64,000 nt of DNA from Candidatus Arcticimaribacter sp. (GTDB lineage Bacteria > Bacteroidota > Bacteroidia > Flavobacteriales > Flavobacteriaceae), in NCBI GenBank assembly GCA_038142965.1, contig JAYQLC010000005.1:20094-84093 (forward strand), read 5' to 3'. Shown piece by piece: positions 10,752-21,699 of the stretch; position 1 is the stretch's first letter, and each line of letters opens with the position of its first letter. The translations under genes and the position numbers were made by a program. The notes beneath the pieces were generated by a model. The model did no database searches. It had not been told where the DNA came from and was given only the letters and a program-made list of their open reading frames with translations.

Positions 10752-11731
10752 TTAGAAATCAGCATCAAAACTAATCTTAGTTTCCTGATCTTCTTGGTTG
10801 AGTACTCCTGCTTTTTGGTACTCTGACACTCGTTTTTCAAAGAAATTTGTTTTTCCTTGAAGCGATATCATATCCATAAAATCGAATGGATTCGTTACAT
10901 TAAATTGTTTGTCACAACCCAACTCTTGTAACAAACGATCGGTCACAAATTCGAGGTACTGGGTCATCAATTTCGCATTCATTCTATGAGACTCACTGGC
11001 AGTGATTCGGTAACAAATTCTCTTTCGATGTTGAGTGCATCAATAATTATTTCTTCTATACGCTCTTTGGGAACTTTATTGACCAAATGGTTGTTGTGGA
11101 GGTGAACTGCAAAATCACAATGTACTCCCTCGTCTCTCGAAATCAATTCGTTTGAAAAAGTAAGCCCTGGCATAAGACCTCTCTTTTTCAACCAAAAAAT
11201 AGAACAAAATGCTCCTGAAAAGAAAATTCCCTCAACTGCTGCAAATGCTATTAAACGTTCAGCAAATGAATCTGACTCAATCCATTTGAGTGCCCACTTG
11301 GCCTTCTTCTTGATGGCTGGAAATACATCAATCGCTTGAAATAATTGGCTTTTCTCTTGCTCATCTTTCACGTATGTATCGATCAACAAAGAATAGGTTT
11401 CCGAATGAATATTCTCCATCATGATTTGAAAACCATAGAAAAATTTGGCTTCTGAATATTGAACTTCGTTGACAAAATTTTCAGCTAAATTTTCATTAAC
11501 AATTCCGTCACTTGCAGCAAAAAAAGCTAAAATATGTTTGATGAAATACTTTTCATCCTTGTTCAACTTGGTCTCCCAATCTGTTAAATCTTGGTGTAAA
11601 TCAATTTCTTCTGCAGTCCAAAAACTAGCTTCCATCTTCTTATACCATTCCCAAATATCATGATGTTCAATTGGAAAAATTACAAATCGGTTTTTGTTTT
11701 CTTGAAGGATGGGTTCTACTGCTTTTGTCAT
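10752..11731 (-). CDS. nrdB: Ribonucleoside-diphosphate reductase class Ia beta subunit (frameshift near 10980)
   Basis: [48 protein letters not shown] and [10 protein letters not shown] motifs. Confidence 0.95.
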
Positions 11732-11811
11732 GTCGTCGTAAATAAATTTGTGTTCTTCTGATTTTGTCTCTTACAAAGATTCAAAATTGTTGTGATAAAT
11801 GAAAGTCATAA

Positions 11812-11840
11812 TTATTCACAATGAGGGCTAGTTTTTAACA
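11812..11840 (+). promoter_or_regulatory. DnaA-box-like sites upstream of nrdBA
   Basis: TTATTCACA at 11812-11820 matches TTWTNCACA; TTTTTAACA at 11832-11840 has one mismatch. Confidence 0.45.
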
Positions 11841-11946
11841 AAAAACATTAAAAAGAGTGAAAAAATAAAAAAATATATTTTATTTAAATGACTGTATTTC
11901 AGTTTTTTAAAAATAAATATTATAAGCTAACCCTATAAACACTGAA

Positions 11947-12519
11947 TTATTGAGAAAAATGATTTTGAGCAACTTGATCAAGTTGCTCATACCACTCTTT
12001 TCCAAATTTTCTGATCAGTGCTTCTTTGACGAATTTGTAAATTGGAACTTTCAACTGAGCACCCAAAGAACAAGCTGTCTCACAAATTTGCCAGTGATGG
12101 TAATTAACTGCACTGAACTGATCATATTTTTGAACTCTTACAGGATACAAATGACAGGATACGGGTTTTTTCCAGTCCAGCTTCCCGTCTTTATGTGCAT
12201 TTTCAATCCCACATTGTGCAACTCCTTGATCTGTAAAAACAGTGTATGCGCACTCTTTACCATTTACTAGAGGAGTTTCCCATTCTCCTTGAACACGTTC
12301 AATGAATTTTCCTTGATCTTTTATTGCTGCTTTTCCTTTTGAGTTTAAATAGGGTGCTATGGCATCAAAATTATCTTCAAGTATTTGAAGTTCCTCTTTT
12401 TCTAAAGGTGCGCCCGCCTCGCCTTGGACACAACAAGCCCCTTTACATTGTGAAATATTACACACAAAATCACAATCCAACAAGTCTTCTGAGACCAATG
12501 TTTTACCTATTTGTAGCAT
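11947..12519 (-). CDS. DUF3109 family Cys-rich protein
   Basis: FVCNISQCKGACCVQGEAGAPL, KPVSCHLYPVR and WQICETAC motifs. TATCTTTG -7 element at 12531-12524 favours ATG 12519. Confidence 0.85.
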   Translation of the reverse strand: MLQIGKTLVSEDLLDCDFVCNISQCKGACCVQGEAGAPLEKEELQILEDNFDAIAPYLNSKGKAAIKDQGKFIERVQGEWETPLVNGKECAYTVFTDQGVAQCGIENAHKDGKLDWKKPVSCHLYPVRVQKYDQFSAVNYHHWQICETACSLGAQLKVPIYKFVKEALIRKFGKEWYEQLDQVAQNHFSQ

Positions 12520-12606
12520 TATCCAAAGATACAAAGGTTATTGCCAAAAGAAGCTTGTTAAAACCTAAAAATGATGAATAAAAAAAGTACTTTCGCAAAA
12601 AAAACA

Positions 12607-13178
12607 ATGAACATAAATGCTAAAGAAATTTTTACTGCTGGAATGATTCTTTTTGCAGTGATTGATATCATTGGAAACATTCCCATCATCATATCCCTTC
12701 GAAAAAAAGTGGGTCACCTCCAATCGGGTAAGGCATCAATTGTTTCTTGTATCATAATGATTGGATTTCTATTTTTAGGTGAAGAGATTTTGAACCTCAT
12801 CGGGATCGACATCAATTCCTTTGCAGTTGCAGGTGCATTTATCATATTTTTTATGGCGATTGAAATGGTTCTTGGAATTAACCTATACAAAGATGATGCT
12901 CCAGAAACAGCATCTATTGTACCTTTAGCTTTTCCAATGATTGCTGGTGCAGGAACAATGACTTCGTTGCTTTCCCTTCGAGCCGAATTTGAGGTTGACA
13001 ATATCATTATTGCGATTATTGTTAACATTATAATCGTTTATGTCATTTTAAAATCTTCAAAAAAATAGAATCTATTTTAGGGGCTTCTGGAATCAGTATC
13101 ATTCGCAAAATTTTTGGAGTAATCCTATTAGCTATTTCAGTAAAGCTTTTCACTACTAATATCAGTCAAATTATTTAA
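12607..13178 (+). CDS. MarC family membrane protein (frameshift near 13060)
   Basis: LFAVIDIIGNIP, SFAVAG and IVPLAFPMIAGAG motifs; continues LGASGISIIRKIFGVILLAISVK to TAA at 13178. Confidence 0.88.
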
Positions 13179-13256
13179 TGTGATTAACTTTTCCTTTATC
13201 CTTTAGATTGTTAAATTTGTAGGTGTAGAATCTTTAATTTTTTACGCTAACTTATT

Positions 13257-13457
13257 ATGAAGATTTTTATTCGAGTAATGATGGTTTTGGCCCTTGGAAT
13301 GGCTGTTTTCAATGCAACTAAAATAGATTTTGAAGCACCACTACAAGGAGACAGCAGCGTAGCCCTCATTGGAGTTATGGCTTCCGCTTGTGCTTTTTTA
13401 CTTTTATTAATTTTATTGTTATCTAAAAAAATAGAAGCTAAGGTTAACAAAAAATAA
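13257..13457 (+). CDS. Small two-TM hypothetical membrane protein
   Basis: 66 aa, two hydrophobic segments and a basic C-terminus; TAAATTTG -7 element at 13212-13219. Confidence 0.65.
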   Translation: MKIFIRVMMVLALGMAVFNATKIDFEAPLQGDSSVALIGVMASACAFLLLLILLLSKKIEAKVNKK

Positions 13458-13459
13458 CC

Positions 13460-15045
13460 TTAATCTAAAGGTTTCTGTTTCAATAGTTCTTTTGTCTTTG
13501 CAATGAACTCATCTTGACTGTGAACAATCTCTAAAAAGGTTTCTTGATTGAAAAGTTGTAATGCCATGTAGGACTTAATCGAATTTAAAATCAAGCTTTC
13601 GTTTTTCATATTTACCGGAACTCCTTGTTGTTCAAAATAAACTTCGAAATTTTCTAAAAGTAATTCCTTGTTAGGAATGGGCTTCTGAGTTAAATCCTCT
13701 TTCGATTTAAAATTGTAGAGTGAGCGATTTTTATCCAACTCCAAAAAAACAAAGTGGTTTACAAGATTTGATCGTATAATATAATTATCCCACTCTTGGT
13801 CTAAATTTAATATGCCCGGCACATACTCATCGGGAATTATCCCGCCACCTCCATAGACAACTCTTCCTTTTGGAGTAATGAATTTTAAAGAGTCGTTTAT
13901 TGGTATGTTGTCTATGGTTTGAATTTCCCCGGTTTCGTGTCGTTTATCTATTTCTTCATAATAGTCTTCTTTCCCATCATTAAAGGGTCGTTGAATGGAG
14001 CGTCCTGTTGGTGTATAATATCGTGCAGTTGTCAACCGAATAGCGTCTCCAGAACCCAAAGGTATCTGTTGTTGAACCAAACCTTTTCCAAAGGAACGGC
14101 GTCCAACAATCTGAGCCCTATCATTGTCTTGCAATGCTCCAGCAACTACTTCACTAGCTGAGGCTGATTGACCATTTATCAACACATAAACCTGTCCTTC
14201 TTCAAAAAGACCTCCTTCGGTAGCCACCGAAGATTCTCTCTTTCCTTGATTACTTTGTGTAATAATCATTGTTTTGCCTTTAGAAAGAAAGGTGTCGGAT
14301 ATTTCTTTTGCAACATGCAAATACCCTCCGGGGTTGTCTCTAAGATCGAGAACCAGTTTTTTTGCTCCTTTTAATTTTAATTCACTTAATATTTTTCTGA
14401 ACTCTACTCCAGTAGTCTCAGCAAATCGATTGAGCTGAATGTAACCAACTCCCTTTTCCAACAGATATCCATAAACTGATGGGATTGGGACTTCCCCTCG
14501 TTCCACATCAAAGTTTAAGAATTCTTTTGTCTGTTTTCTGTAAATTTTTAACTGAACTATGGTTTCAGGTTTTCCTTTTAATGTTTTTATGATTGATTCA
14601 CTGCTTCTGTTTTGGCCAAATAAGGTGTCTTGATCTGCTATTAAAATTCGATCACCTGGAAGAATCCCAACAGCTTTACTGGGGCCATTTTCTAAAACTC
14701 GTACTACACTTACCGTGTCTTGTTCCATGAAAAAACTAACTCCAATGCCCACAAAAGTTCCTTGCATCTCCTCACTGATCTTTTGCATTTCTTCCCTAGG
14801 AATGTAAACCGAATGAGGATCCAATTGACTGATGGAATTATCAATTATTGTATTTACCAAGCTGTCTATGTCAATTTCATCAACATAATTTGTCTCAATA
14901 AATTGGATAAATCGTTTCAATTTTTGGCTGCTGCTAATTTCAAAACTTGTAGCATTGAAAACCAATTGTTGATTGCTCCCTATGGTAAAACCCAAAAAAG
15001 AGAAAGAAGTACGATTACCCAAAGATTTAGGTTATTGTTTTTCAT
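13460..15045 (-). CDS. S41 family C-terminal processing protease (PDZ + peptidase); frameshift in the N-terminal TM segment
   Basis: LDPHSVY, LDLRDNPGG, SASASEVVAGALQD, GRRSFGKG and TARYYTPTGRSIQ. Likely true start ATG 15045 (MKNNNLNLWVIVLLS). Confidence 0.9.
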
Positions 15046-15056
15046 AGAGCAGGGTG

Positions 15057-15469
15057 TTAGGGAAGATGGAATAATTCAATTCCTGCTTTTTCAAAAAATC
15101 CAATCCAGAAGTATCTTTATAAGCTGTGGCATAAACTACTCGTTTGATTCCTGCTTGATGAATTAATTTTGAACATTCTTTACATGGAGATAGGGTTATG
15201 TAAAGTGTAGCTCCATTACAAGATTGAGTAGATGCAGCTACTTTTAAAATTGCATTGGCTTCAGCATGAAGAACATACCATTTCGTGTAATGATCCTCAT
15301 CTTCACAAACATTCTCAAAACCTGAAGGAGTGCCATTATATCCATCCGAAATTATCATACGGTCTTTAACAATCAAAGCACCAACTTTTTTTCGTTCACA
15401 ATATGAAAGTTGTCCCCAGATTTGTGCCATTTTTAAATAGGCCTGATCGTATTTTAATTGTTTATCCAT
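15057..15469 (-). CDS. dCMP deaminase family protein (3' frameshift)
   Basis: GYNGTPSG, HAEANAI and SPCKECSKLIHQAGI motifs; corrected C-terminus KKAGIELFHLP*. Confidence 0.9.
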
Positions 15470-15547
15470 TATTTGCTAAGATACTAGAAATATAATGCTA
15501 TTAAAAAATCATTAAGCCTTATTTGAATTCACAAAAAATGAAGCCCT

Positions 15548-16769
15548 TTAGTTGTTTTTGATGAAAGATTTAAGAAACATACTTTTCATGTTGAACCAAA
15601 AAGCTAATAATCCAATCATATGCTTTTTGGGCCTTTTCCCCTTTCCAAGTCTGTGAATTTGTAATTCATACCAAGGTAATTCAACACCTCCCATTTTGTC
15701 TATCATTTTAATTCCTGATGTCGGAATGGGGGTTTCGAAACTTTCTATTTTTTTGAAAAAACATCTTGAGCTAATTCGGGGTACAAACAAAAAGGTCTGG
15801 CCAATCCGACAATATCTAAATTACCATCAGCCAACGCATTTTCCATAACGGTTACCGTTCGAAAACCTCCGGTAAGCATTAAGGGTTTGGTTGTTATTTT
15901 TCTTGCTCTCTCAACATAATCTAAAAAATATGCCTCACGCTCTTGGGTGCTCTTTTTTTGTTTATGCCCTACCATAGCTGGCTTTTCATAAGTCCCTCCA
16001 GAAATTTCTAGCATATCGATTCCCTCTTTAGACAAAATGCGAATCACTTCCATAGACTCTTCTTCTGTAAAACCACCACGCTGAAAATCTGCAGAATTAA
16101 TTTTAATTCCAATAGGGTAATCTTTACCTACTTGAGCCCGTATTTCTCTGTAAATCTCTAATACAAAACGCATACGGTTTTCTAGAGTCCCTCCCCATTT
16201 ATCTTTTCTTATATTGCTAATAGGAGATAAAAATTGGCTTACTAAATATCCATGAGCTCCATGAATTTGACAGCCTGTAAAACCTGCATCTTGCATTATT
16301 TTTGCTGTATTCCCAAAGCGTTTGATTATTTCCCAAATTGCATCTTCACTCAGTGGAATTGGTTTTTTGAACATCCCAGAAGCGGCTCCCATTTTCAAAG
16401 AAACAGCAGATGGAGCAACTACCTCCCGATTAATTGCTGCAAAGGCTTGACGTCCTGGATGATTCAATTGTGGCCAAATATGGGTCCCCGTTCCTTCACA
16501 AGACTTTGCCCAATCTTGCAATAATTTAAAATTTGAACGGTTCTCAACAACTACATTTCGAGGTTCTCCCAAAGCTCTAGAATCGATCATCACATTTCCT
16601 GTAATGAGTAATCCAGCCCCCTTTTGACCAAACTTCATATGCCTTAATTAGATTTTTTAGTAGGTGCATTTTGTAGCGTCCCCATACTTTCACTCATTGC
16701 AGATTTTGCTATTCTATTTTGTAAAATAGCTCCATTCGGAAGTTTAAGGGAAGAAGCCAAAAGTTTCAT
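15548..16769 (-). CDS. NADH:flavin oxidoreductase (Old Yellow Enzyme family); frameshifted
   Basis: N-terminus MKLLASSLKLPNGAILQNRIAKSAMSE from 16769; QLNHPGRQ; GCQIHGAHGYLVSQFLSP; R.D.WGG.LENR.RF; GLARPF. Confidence 0.9.
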
Positions 16770-16842
16770 GAAATATGTTTTTATACCCGTGAAAATACAA
16801 ACTTATCTTTTACTGGGCTACAGTAATTATTTTATCAATGGA

Positions 16843-17415
16843 CTAAAATGGGCTTGATTTTATCATCATTGTCAAAGCTTGTGAAAGTATCATTGCACCA
16901 ATAACCATCTGCCACTTTGAACTTGGAATTTTTAAAATTCTGGTAACTAAAAAATTAACCAACAATAAACCCATCACGATACAAACCTGAATAGCCTCTA
17001 CACCCAAAGCAAAAGAAAGTAATTCAGTCAATGCCTCATCTTCTGAAACAATAAGCGAAAAATAACGTCCAAAGCCAAAGCCGTGAATGAGTCCAAAAAC
17101 GAGGGTAATTAGAGATGGAAATAAGATTTTAAAATCAGAAGTTTTATTGATAATTAATGGAATGCAACTCAGAGCAATGGTCAATGGAATTAAAAATTCA
17201 ATCCACACCGCTGAAAGATTAATCTCATAATAATAATTCCCAAATAATGAAAGAGTATGACCTAATGTAAAAAGAGTAACCCACCACAAAAGTTTTTTAA
17301 ATTCATTAAAACTAAAAGGGAGACAAAGTGCAATAATAAAATAGAAATGATCTAAAGCTTGGAAATCCAATACATGGTTGAATCCGAGTTTTGCATAAAA
17401 CAAAATTGTTTCCAT
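16843..17415 (-). CDS. HupE/UreJ family membrane protein
   Basis: GFNHVLD..ALDH, FTLGHTLSL and FGLIHGFGF His motifs. Confidence 0.85.
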   Translation of the reverse strand: METILFYAKLGFNHVLDFQALDHFYFIIALCLPFSFNEFKKLLWWVTLFTLGHTLSLFGNYYYEINLSAVWIEFLIPLTIALSCIPLIINKTSDFKILFPSLITLVFGLIHGFGFGRYFSLIVSEDEALTELLSFALGVEAIQVCIVMGLLLVNFLVTRILKIPSSKWQMVIGAMILSQALTMMIKSSPF

Positions 17416-17426
17416 AAAAAATACAT

Positions 17427-18176
17427 TTAAAGTCCGCGTTCTTTTTGAATTTTTTCATAAGCTGCCTGAATCTGTTGGAATTTTTCTTGTGCACCTTTCT
17501 TAAGTGCCTGGTCGGCTGTGTTGAGCTTGTCAGGATGATGCTTTTTTGCCATGGCACGATAAGCCTTTTTAACTTCAGCATCAGTAGCATTTGAATCTAT
17601 TTCTAATATTTTGTAGGCATTCCCCGCTTGTTGTACAAACATAGCTTTTACACTTTCAATATCCATTCTTCTGATACCAAGTGCAGCAGCAATTTGTTGA
17701 ATTTTATTAAGTTCTAAACGCGATACACTCCCATCTGCATTGGCAATTCCAAAAAGAAAATGAACAATTTGTAAGCGCGTATTATAAGGAGTGCTTGTAA
17801 CAAATAAACGAGCAATTTTTGAAAGATCTTGAACCTCTTTTTTTATTTCAGTATTGAATCTTGAAAAAATAGTTGAGGCATAATCTGCCCCATAATTTGC
17901 AATAAAATAATTTCGTACAAACCGCAGTTCTTTTTCTTCAACCTTGTTATCAGCCTTGATTACCATGGCCGCAAGTGCCAATAAGTTCAACTCAAATTGA
18001 TTTGATCCCATAGTTCGAAAACTTGTTGCATTGAAAGAAGCCCCAGAAGATCGCTTCATCAATCCTTCAATCATACTCCCTATAAAATACCCTAAAACAG
18101 CTCCTCCAAAACGTAAATAAGTGTACCCCAAGGCAGCTCCAATCCATTTTATCATTGATGAAAAATTTTTCATCAA
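17427..18176 (-). CDS. TerB-like plus C-terminal DnaJ domain co-chaperone (DjlA-like)
   Basis: N-terminal Gly-rich TM segment, KADNKV..E and ANADGSVS..E TerB motifs, J domain with HPD. Start could be 18173 or 18155. Confidence 0.88.
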   Translation of the reverse strand: MMKNFSSMIKWIGAALGYTYLRFGGAVLGYFIGSMIEGLMKRSSGASFNATSFRTMGSNQFELNLLALAAMVIKADNKVEEKELRFVRNYFIANYGADYASTIFSRFNTEIKKEVQDLSKIARLFVTSTPYNTRLQIVHFLFGIANADGSVSRLELNKIQQIAAALGIRRMDIESVKAMFVQQAGNAYKILEIDSNATDAEVKKAYRAMAKKHHPDKLNTADQALKKGAQEKFQQIQAAYEKIQKERGL

Positions 18177-18273
18177 ATATAGTTTTAAGTTTAAAAAATA
18201 AAGTGAACATTATCTTAAAATGAGGCAAAATGATAGAAACTTTTTATCTTTGTGGAAATTTAAAAGTCAGACT

Positions 18274-18684
18274 ATGTATCCAGCAGAATTAGTACAACCT
18301 ATGCGCGATGAACTAACAGCAGTGGGGTTTAAACAATTAAATGAAGTAAGTCAAGTTGATGAGGCAATAAACGCAGAAGGAACGACATTAGTTGTAGTAA
18401 ATTCTGTTTGCGGATGTGCTGCTGCAAATGCTAGACCTGGGGTTCGTTTTTCTCTTGAAAACGATAAAAAACCAAGTAACTTAGTAACCGTTTTTGCTGG
18501 TGTTGATTTTGAAGCTACAGATCATGCTCGTTCTCTTATGGTTCCTTTCCCACCATCATCGCCAAGTATGGCTTTGTTCAAAAATGGGGAATTGGTTCAT
18601 ATGCTCGAACGTCATCACATAGAAGGTAGACCAGCTGAAATGATTTCTGAGAACCTGAAACAAGCCTATGATGAATTCTGTTGA
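18274..18684 (+). CDS. BrxA/BrxB family bacilliredoxin
   Basis: MYPAELVQPMR start, NSVCGCAAANARP (CGC motif), PPSSPSMALFK and ERHHIEG; TATCTTTG -7 element at 18245-18252. Confidence 0.9.
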   Translation: MYPAELVQPMRDELTAVGFKQLNEVSQVDEAINAEGTTLVVVNSVCGCAAANARPGVRFSLENDKKPSNLVTVFAGVDFEATDHARSLMVPFPPSSPSMALFKNGELVHMLERHHIEGRPAEMISENLKQAYDEFC

Positions 18685-18727
18685 TCTTTAAAACTCATTC
18701 CGTTCATTTTCGAGAAATTCAATTTAA

Positions 18728-19467
18728 ATGTACAAAATCATCGCAATTCTTTTCTCGTCAGTATTTTATCTGTGCTTTGGTTTACTTTTATCTATTTTTC
18801 ATGGAATTCAAATAGTTACCCTAGCGCTTCTTGGTTATCAAGCCCACAAAGTCTCTGTTGACATTCTCAACTTCTTCTTATTAAGGTGTCTTAATATTCT
18901 GGGAACTCGAATTCATTTCAATAATGCTTTTGATTTACCTACAAATCGCCCCCTTATTATCGTTGCAAATCATCAAAACACTTTTGATATTCCCCCATTA
19001 ATTTGGTATCTGAGAAAACATCACTTAAAATTTGTTAGTAAAAAAGAATTAGGTAGAGGAATTCCCAGTGTTTCCTTCAATCTTCGCAACGGTGGTTCTG
19101 CTTTGATTGATAGAAAAAACCCAAGACAAGCGGTTGATGAAATTGATCGACACGCACAGCTTTTGAGTAAAAATAATTGGTCAACTCTTATTTTCCCAGA
19201 AGGAACACGATCAAAAACAGGAATTCCAAAAAAAAATTTAAAAGCAGAGGTGTACAAACTTTAATTGAAAAAATGCCAAACGTTGTTGTAGTTCCTATCA
19301 CAATAAACAATTCATGGAAGTTTAATCGATGGGGTGACTTCCCTCTTCCTTTGGGGATCAAAATGACGTTTGAAGTTCATCAACCCGTTGAACCTCCTGT
19401 TGATCTCTCGAAAGACTTTTTTAATTCTGTTGAAAAAACAATAACAGATGCGATTGTTATTCGTTAA
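18728..19467 (+). CDS. Lysophospholipid acyltransferase (PlsC family); frameshift near 19230
   Basis: NHQNTFD (HxxxxD) and FPEGTRS motifs. Confidence 0.88.
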
Positions 19468-20246
19468 TTTCCGCTGAAATTAGCTTTTCTTTTTTCCAAA
19501 AAAGCCTGTGTGCCTTCCTTGAAATCTTCTGATCCGAAACAGGTTCCAAATGCGTTTATCTCAACTTCAAACCCATTTTGATTTTCTTCGTATGCTGCAT
19601 TAACTGATTTAATTGCTTGTCCAATTGCGAAAGGCGAATTCTTTAATATTTTTTGTGCCAATCCAGAAGCTGCAGATAATAATTCTTCTTGAGGTACAAC
19701 CTGAGAAACCAAACCGAAAGACAAAGCTTCCTCTGCAGTAATCATTTTACAAGTTAAAATTAATTCCATTGCTCTACCCTTTCCAATAATCTGAGCCAAA
19801 CGCTGAGTTCCTCCATAACCGGGTATTACCCCTAAAGAAGTTTCCGGTAAACCCATTTGCGCATTAGTTGAAGCTATTCTAATTTGGCAAGACAGTGCCA
19901 ATTCAAGTCCTCCTCCTAAAGCAAAACCATTGATTGCCGCAATTACAGGTTTGTTCATCTGCTCTATGAATGTAAATACGTTATCTTGACCGCTTTGAGA
20001 AAGTTCTTTTCCTTGACTGGGAGTAAATTCTGAAAACTCAGCAATATCTGCTCCAGCAACAAAAGCTTTTTTACCACTTCCTGTAAGCACAATTACACGA
20101 ATTGAATTGTCTTGCTGAAGGTCAAAAAAAACTTGATGAAGTTCTCCCAAAACTTCTTTATTTATCGCATTAAGCTTTGTTGGACGATCAATTTGAATCC
20201 ATGCTACTTGGTCTTGTTTTCTTAACTGAAGGTTTGCTGTGTTCAT
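19464..20246 (-). CDS. Enoyl-CoA hydratase/isomerase
   Basis: AFVAGADI, NGFALGGGLELAL and PETSLGVIPGYGGTQRL motifs. Confidence 0.92.
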   Translation of the reverse strand: MNTANLQLRKQDQVAWIQIDRPTKLNAINKEVLGELHQVFFDLQQDNSIRVIVLTGSGKKAFVAGADIAEFSEFTPSQGKELSQSGQDNVFTFIEQMNKPVIAAINGFALGGGLELALSCQIRIASTNAQMGLPETSLGVIPGYGGTQRLAQIIGKGRAMELILTCKMITAEEALSFGLVSQVVPQEELLSAASGLAQKILKNSPFAIGQAIKSVNAAYEENQNGFEVEINAFGTCFGSEDFKEGTQAFLEKRKANFSGN

Positions 20247-20248
20247 GT

Positions 20249-21697
20249 TTATTTTTTTAATTGGATGATAAATGTGGTTCCTTTATCCTCTTGTGTTTTG
20301 TAAGTTATGGATCCGTTTAGAGAGTCAATACTGTTTTTAACAATTGCCAAGCCTAGCCCCATTCCCCCCGTTTTGGTTGTAAATTTGGGTTCAAAAACTT
20401 GATCTATGTTTTGTGCGGAAATACCCGAACCATTGTCCTCTATTTCTATTCTAAGTCCTGAGGCTTCACTTTGTATTCTTACTTGAATCAAGGGGGTTTT
20501 CCCCGGTGGAACCGATTGAATTGCATTTTGAAGTAAATTCGTCATAATTCTAATCCATTGTGTTCTATCCATGTCCCAGAAAATCTGCTTTTCTGAACAG
20601 GTAAACTGTATTACCTCTGGTTCAAAAATATCAATAGACAAGGATGTAATCTCGACAATGTCAACAGTTTCAATTCTTAGCTTCGGTAGAGTAGCAAAAT
20701 CCGAAAAAGCAGTTGCGACCTCACTCATAGTATCTATTTGTTCAATCATAATTTTACAAAAATCCATAACCTTTTGATTGATCTCAGGGTCATCTGGGTC
20801 AAAACGTTGCTGAAAACTTTGAATTGACAAACGCATTGGAGTAAGCGGATTTTTAATTTCGTGAGCAACTTGCTTTGCCATTTCCTGCCAAGCTTGTTCT
20901 CTTTCAGATCGGGCTAGCTTAGCTATGCTTTCTTCTAAAGCATCCAACATGCTGTTGTATGAATTTACCAAGCTATCTACCTCTTTACTTGCATTGGAAA
21001 TGTAAATTTTTTCGTTCCCTTTCAACAATCCAGTTCGGTCAATTCTTGCGCGAATAGTTTCTAAAGGGCGGGTCATGTAGCTTGAAATAAAATAGGCTAT
21101 TATTATTGCGACCAACAGCATAAAGAAATAAATCTGAAAAAGTCTTATTAAAAATGTGTTCAGTTCATTGGAACTGAAAGAAACATCTTCAAAATATGGG
21201 AAATATAAGATCCCATAAGGTTCATTCGATTTGTTGGAAAGAACACTGTATGAATACTGAAATTTTCCTCTTTCCTTTTCGTTTTGAATGGTGATTCGTT
21301 TGCGTTTACTTTCCAGAAGTTCATTAGTAATTTTAGAATCCAGTACTTGAGTTTGGTCCATGCTTCCGAGCTCCACATAAGAATAGAAGTATGGGATCCC
21401 ATCCAGAGAATACAAGGCATACTCCACCTTGTGTATCAATGAAATCGATTCTAAAACATCGTACAAACTCGATTGTTTTTCCTTACTTAAATCAAATGCA
21501 TTGTCACGGTCTAGGATATAAAAAAGATGATTTTTTACTTGAGCTTCCTTTCGATCTAAACGCCTTAAGTTGTAATCATCAGATTGTGAATAATATTGGA
21601 AAAAAGTGGCGCCCAATATCAGCAAAGCAGTCATTACAACCAATAAAATCATGGAAAAAAACACACGTGATCTAAGGGAAAATTTACCTTTCGCCAT
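20249..21697 (-). CDS. Membrane sensor histidine kinase (HAMP-HisKA-HATPase, NtrY-like H box)
   Basis: Two TM segments; AKQVAHEIKNPLTP; NLLQNA; DNGSG; GMGLGL. Confidence 0.92.
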   Translation of the reverse strand: MAKGKFSLRSRVFFSMILLVVMTALLILGATFFQYYSQSDDYNLRRLDRKEAQVKNHLFYILDRDNAFDLSKEKQSSLYDVLESISLIHKVEYALYSLDGIPYFYSYVELGSMDQTQVLDSKITNELLESKRKRITIQNEKERGKFQYSYSVLSNKSNEPYGILYFPYFEDVSFSSNELNTFLIRLFQIYFFMLLVAIIIAYFISSYMTRPLETIRARIDRTGLLKGNEKIYISNASKEVDSLVNSYNSMLDALEESIAKLARSEREQAWQEMAKQVAHEIKNPLTPMRLSIQSFQQRFDPDDPEINQKVMDFCKIMIEQIDTMSEVATAFSDFATLPKLRIETVDIVEITSLSIDIFEPEVIQFTCSEKQIFWDMDRTQWIRIMTNLLQNAIQSVPPGKTPLIQVRIQSEASGLRIEIEDNGSGISAQNIDQVFEPKFTTKTGGMGLGLAIVKNSIDSLNGSITYKTQEDKGTTFIIQLKK

Positions 21698-21699
21698 TG

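Noticed and set aside
17427-18176. Tellurite-resistance or Ter defence island
   Set aside because: It is a single TerB-like domain fused to a J domain (DjlA architecture), with no other ter genes.
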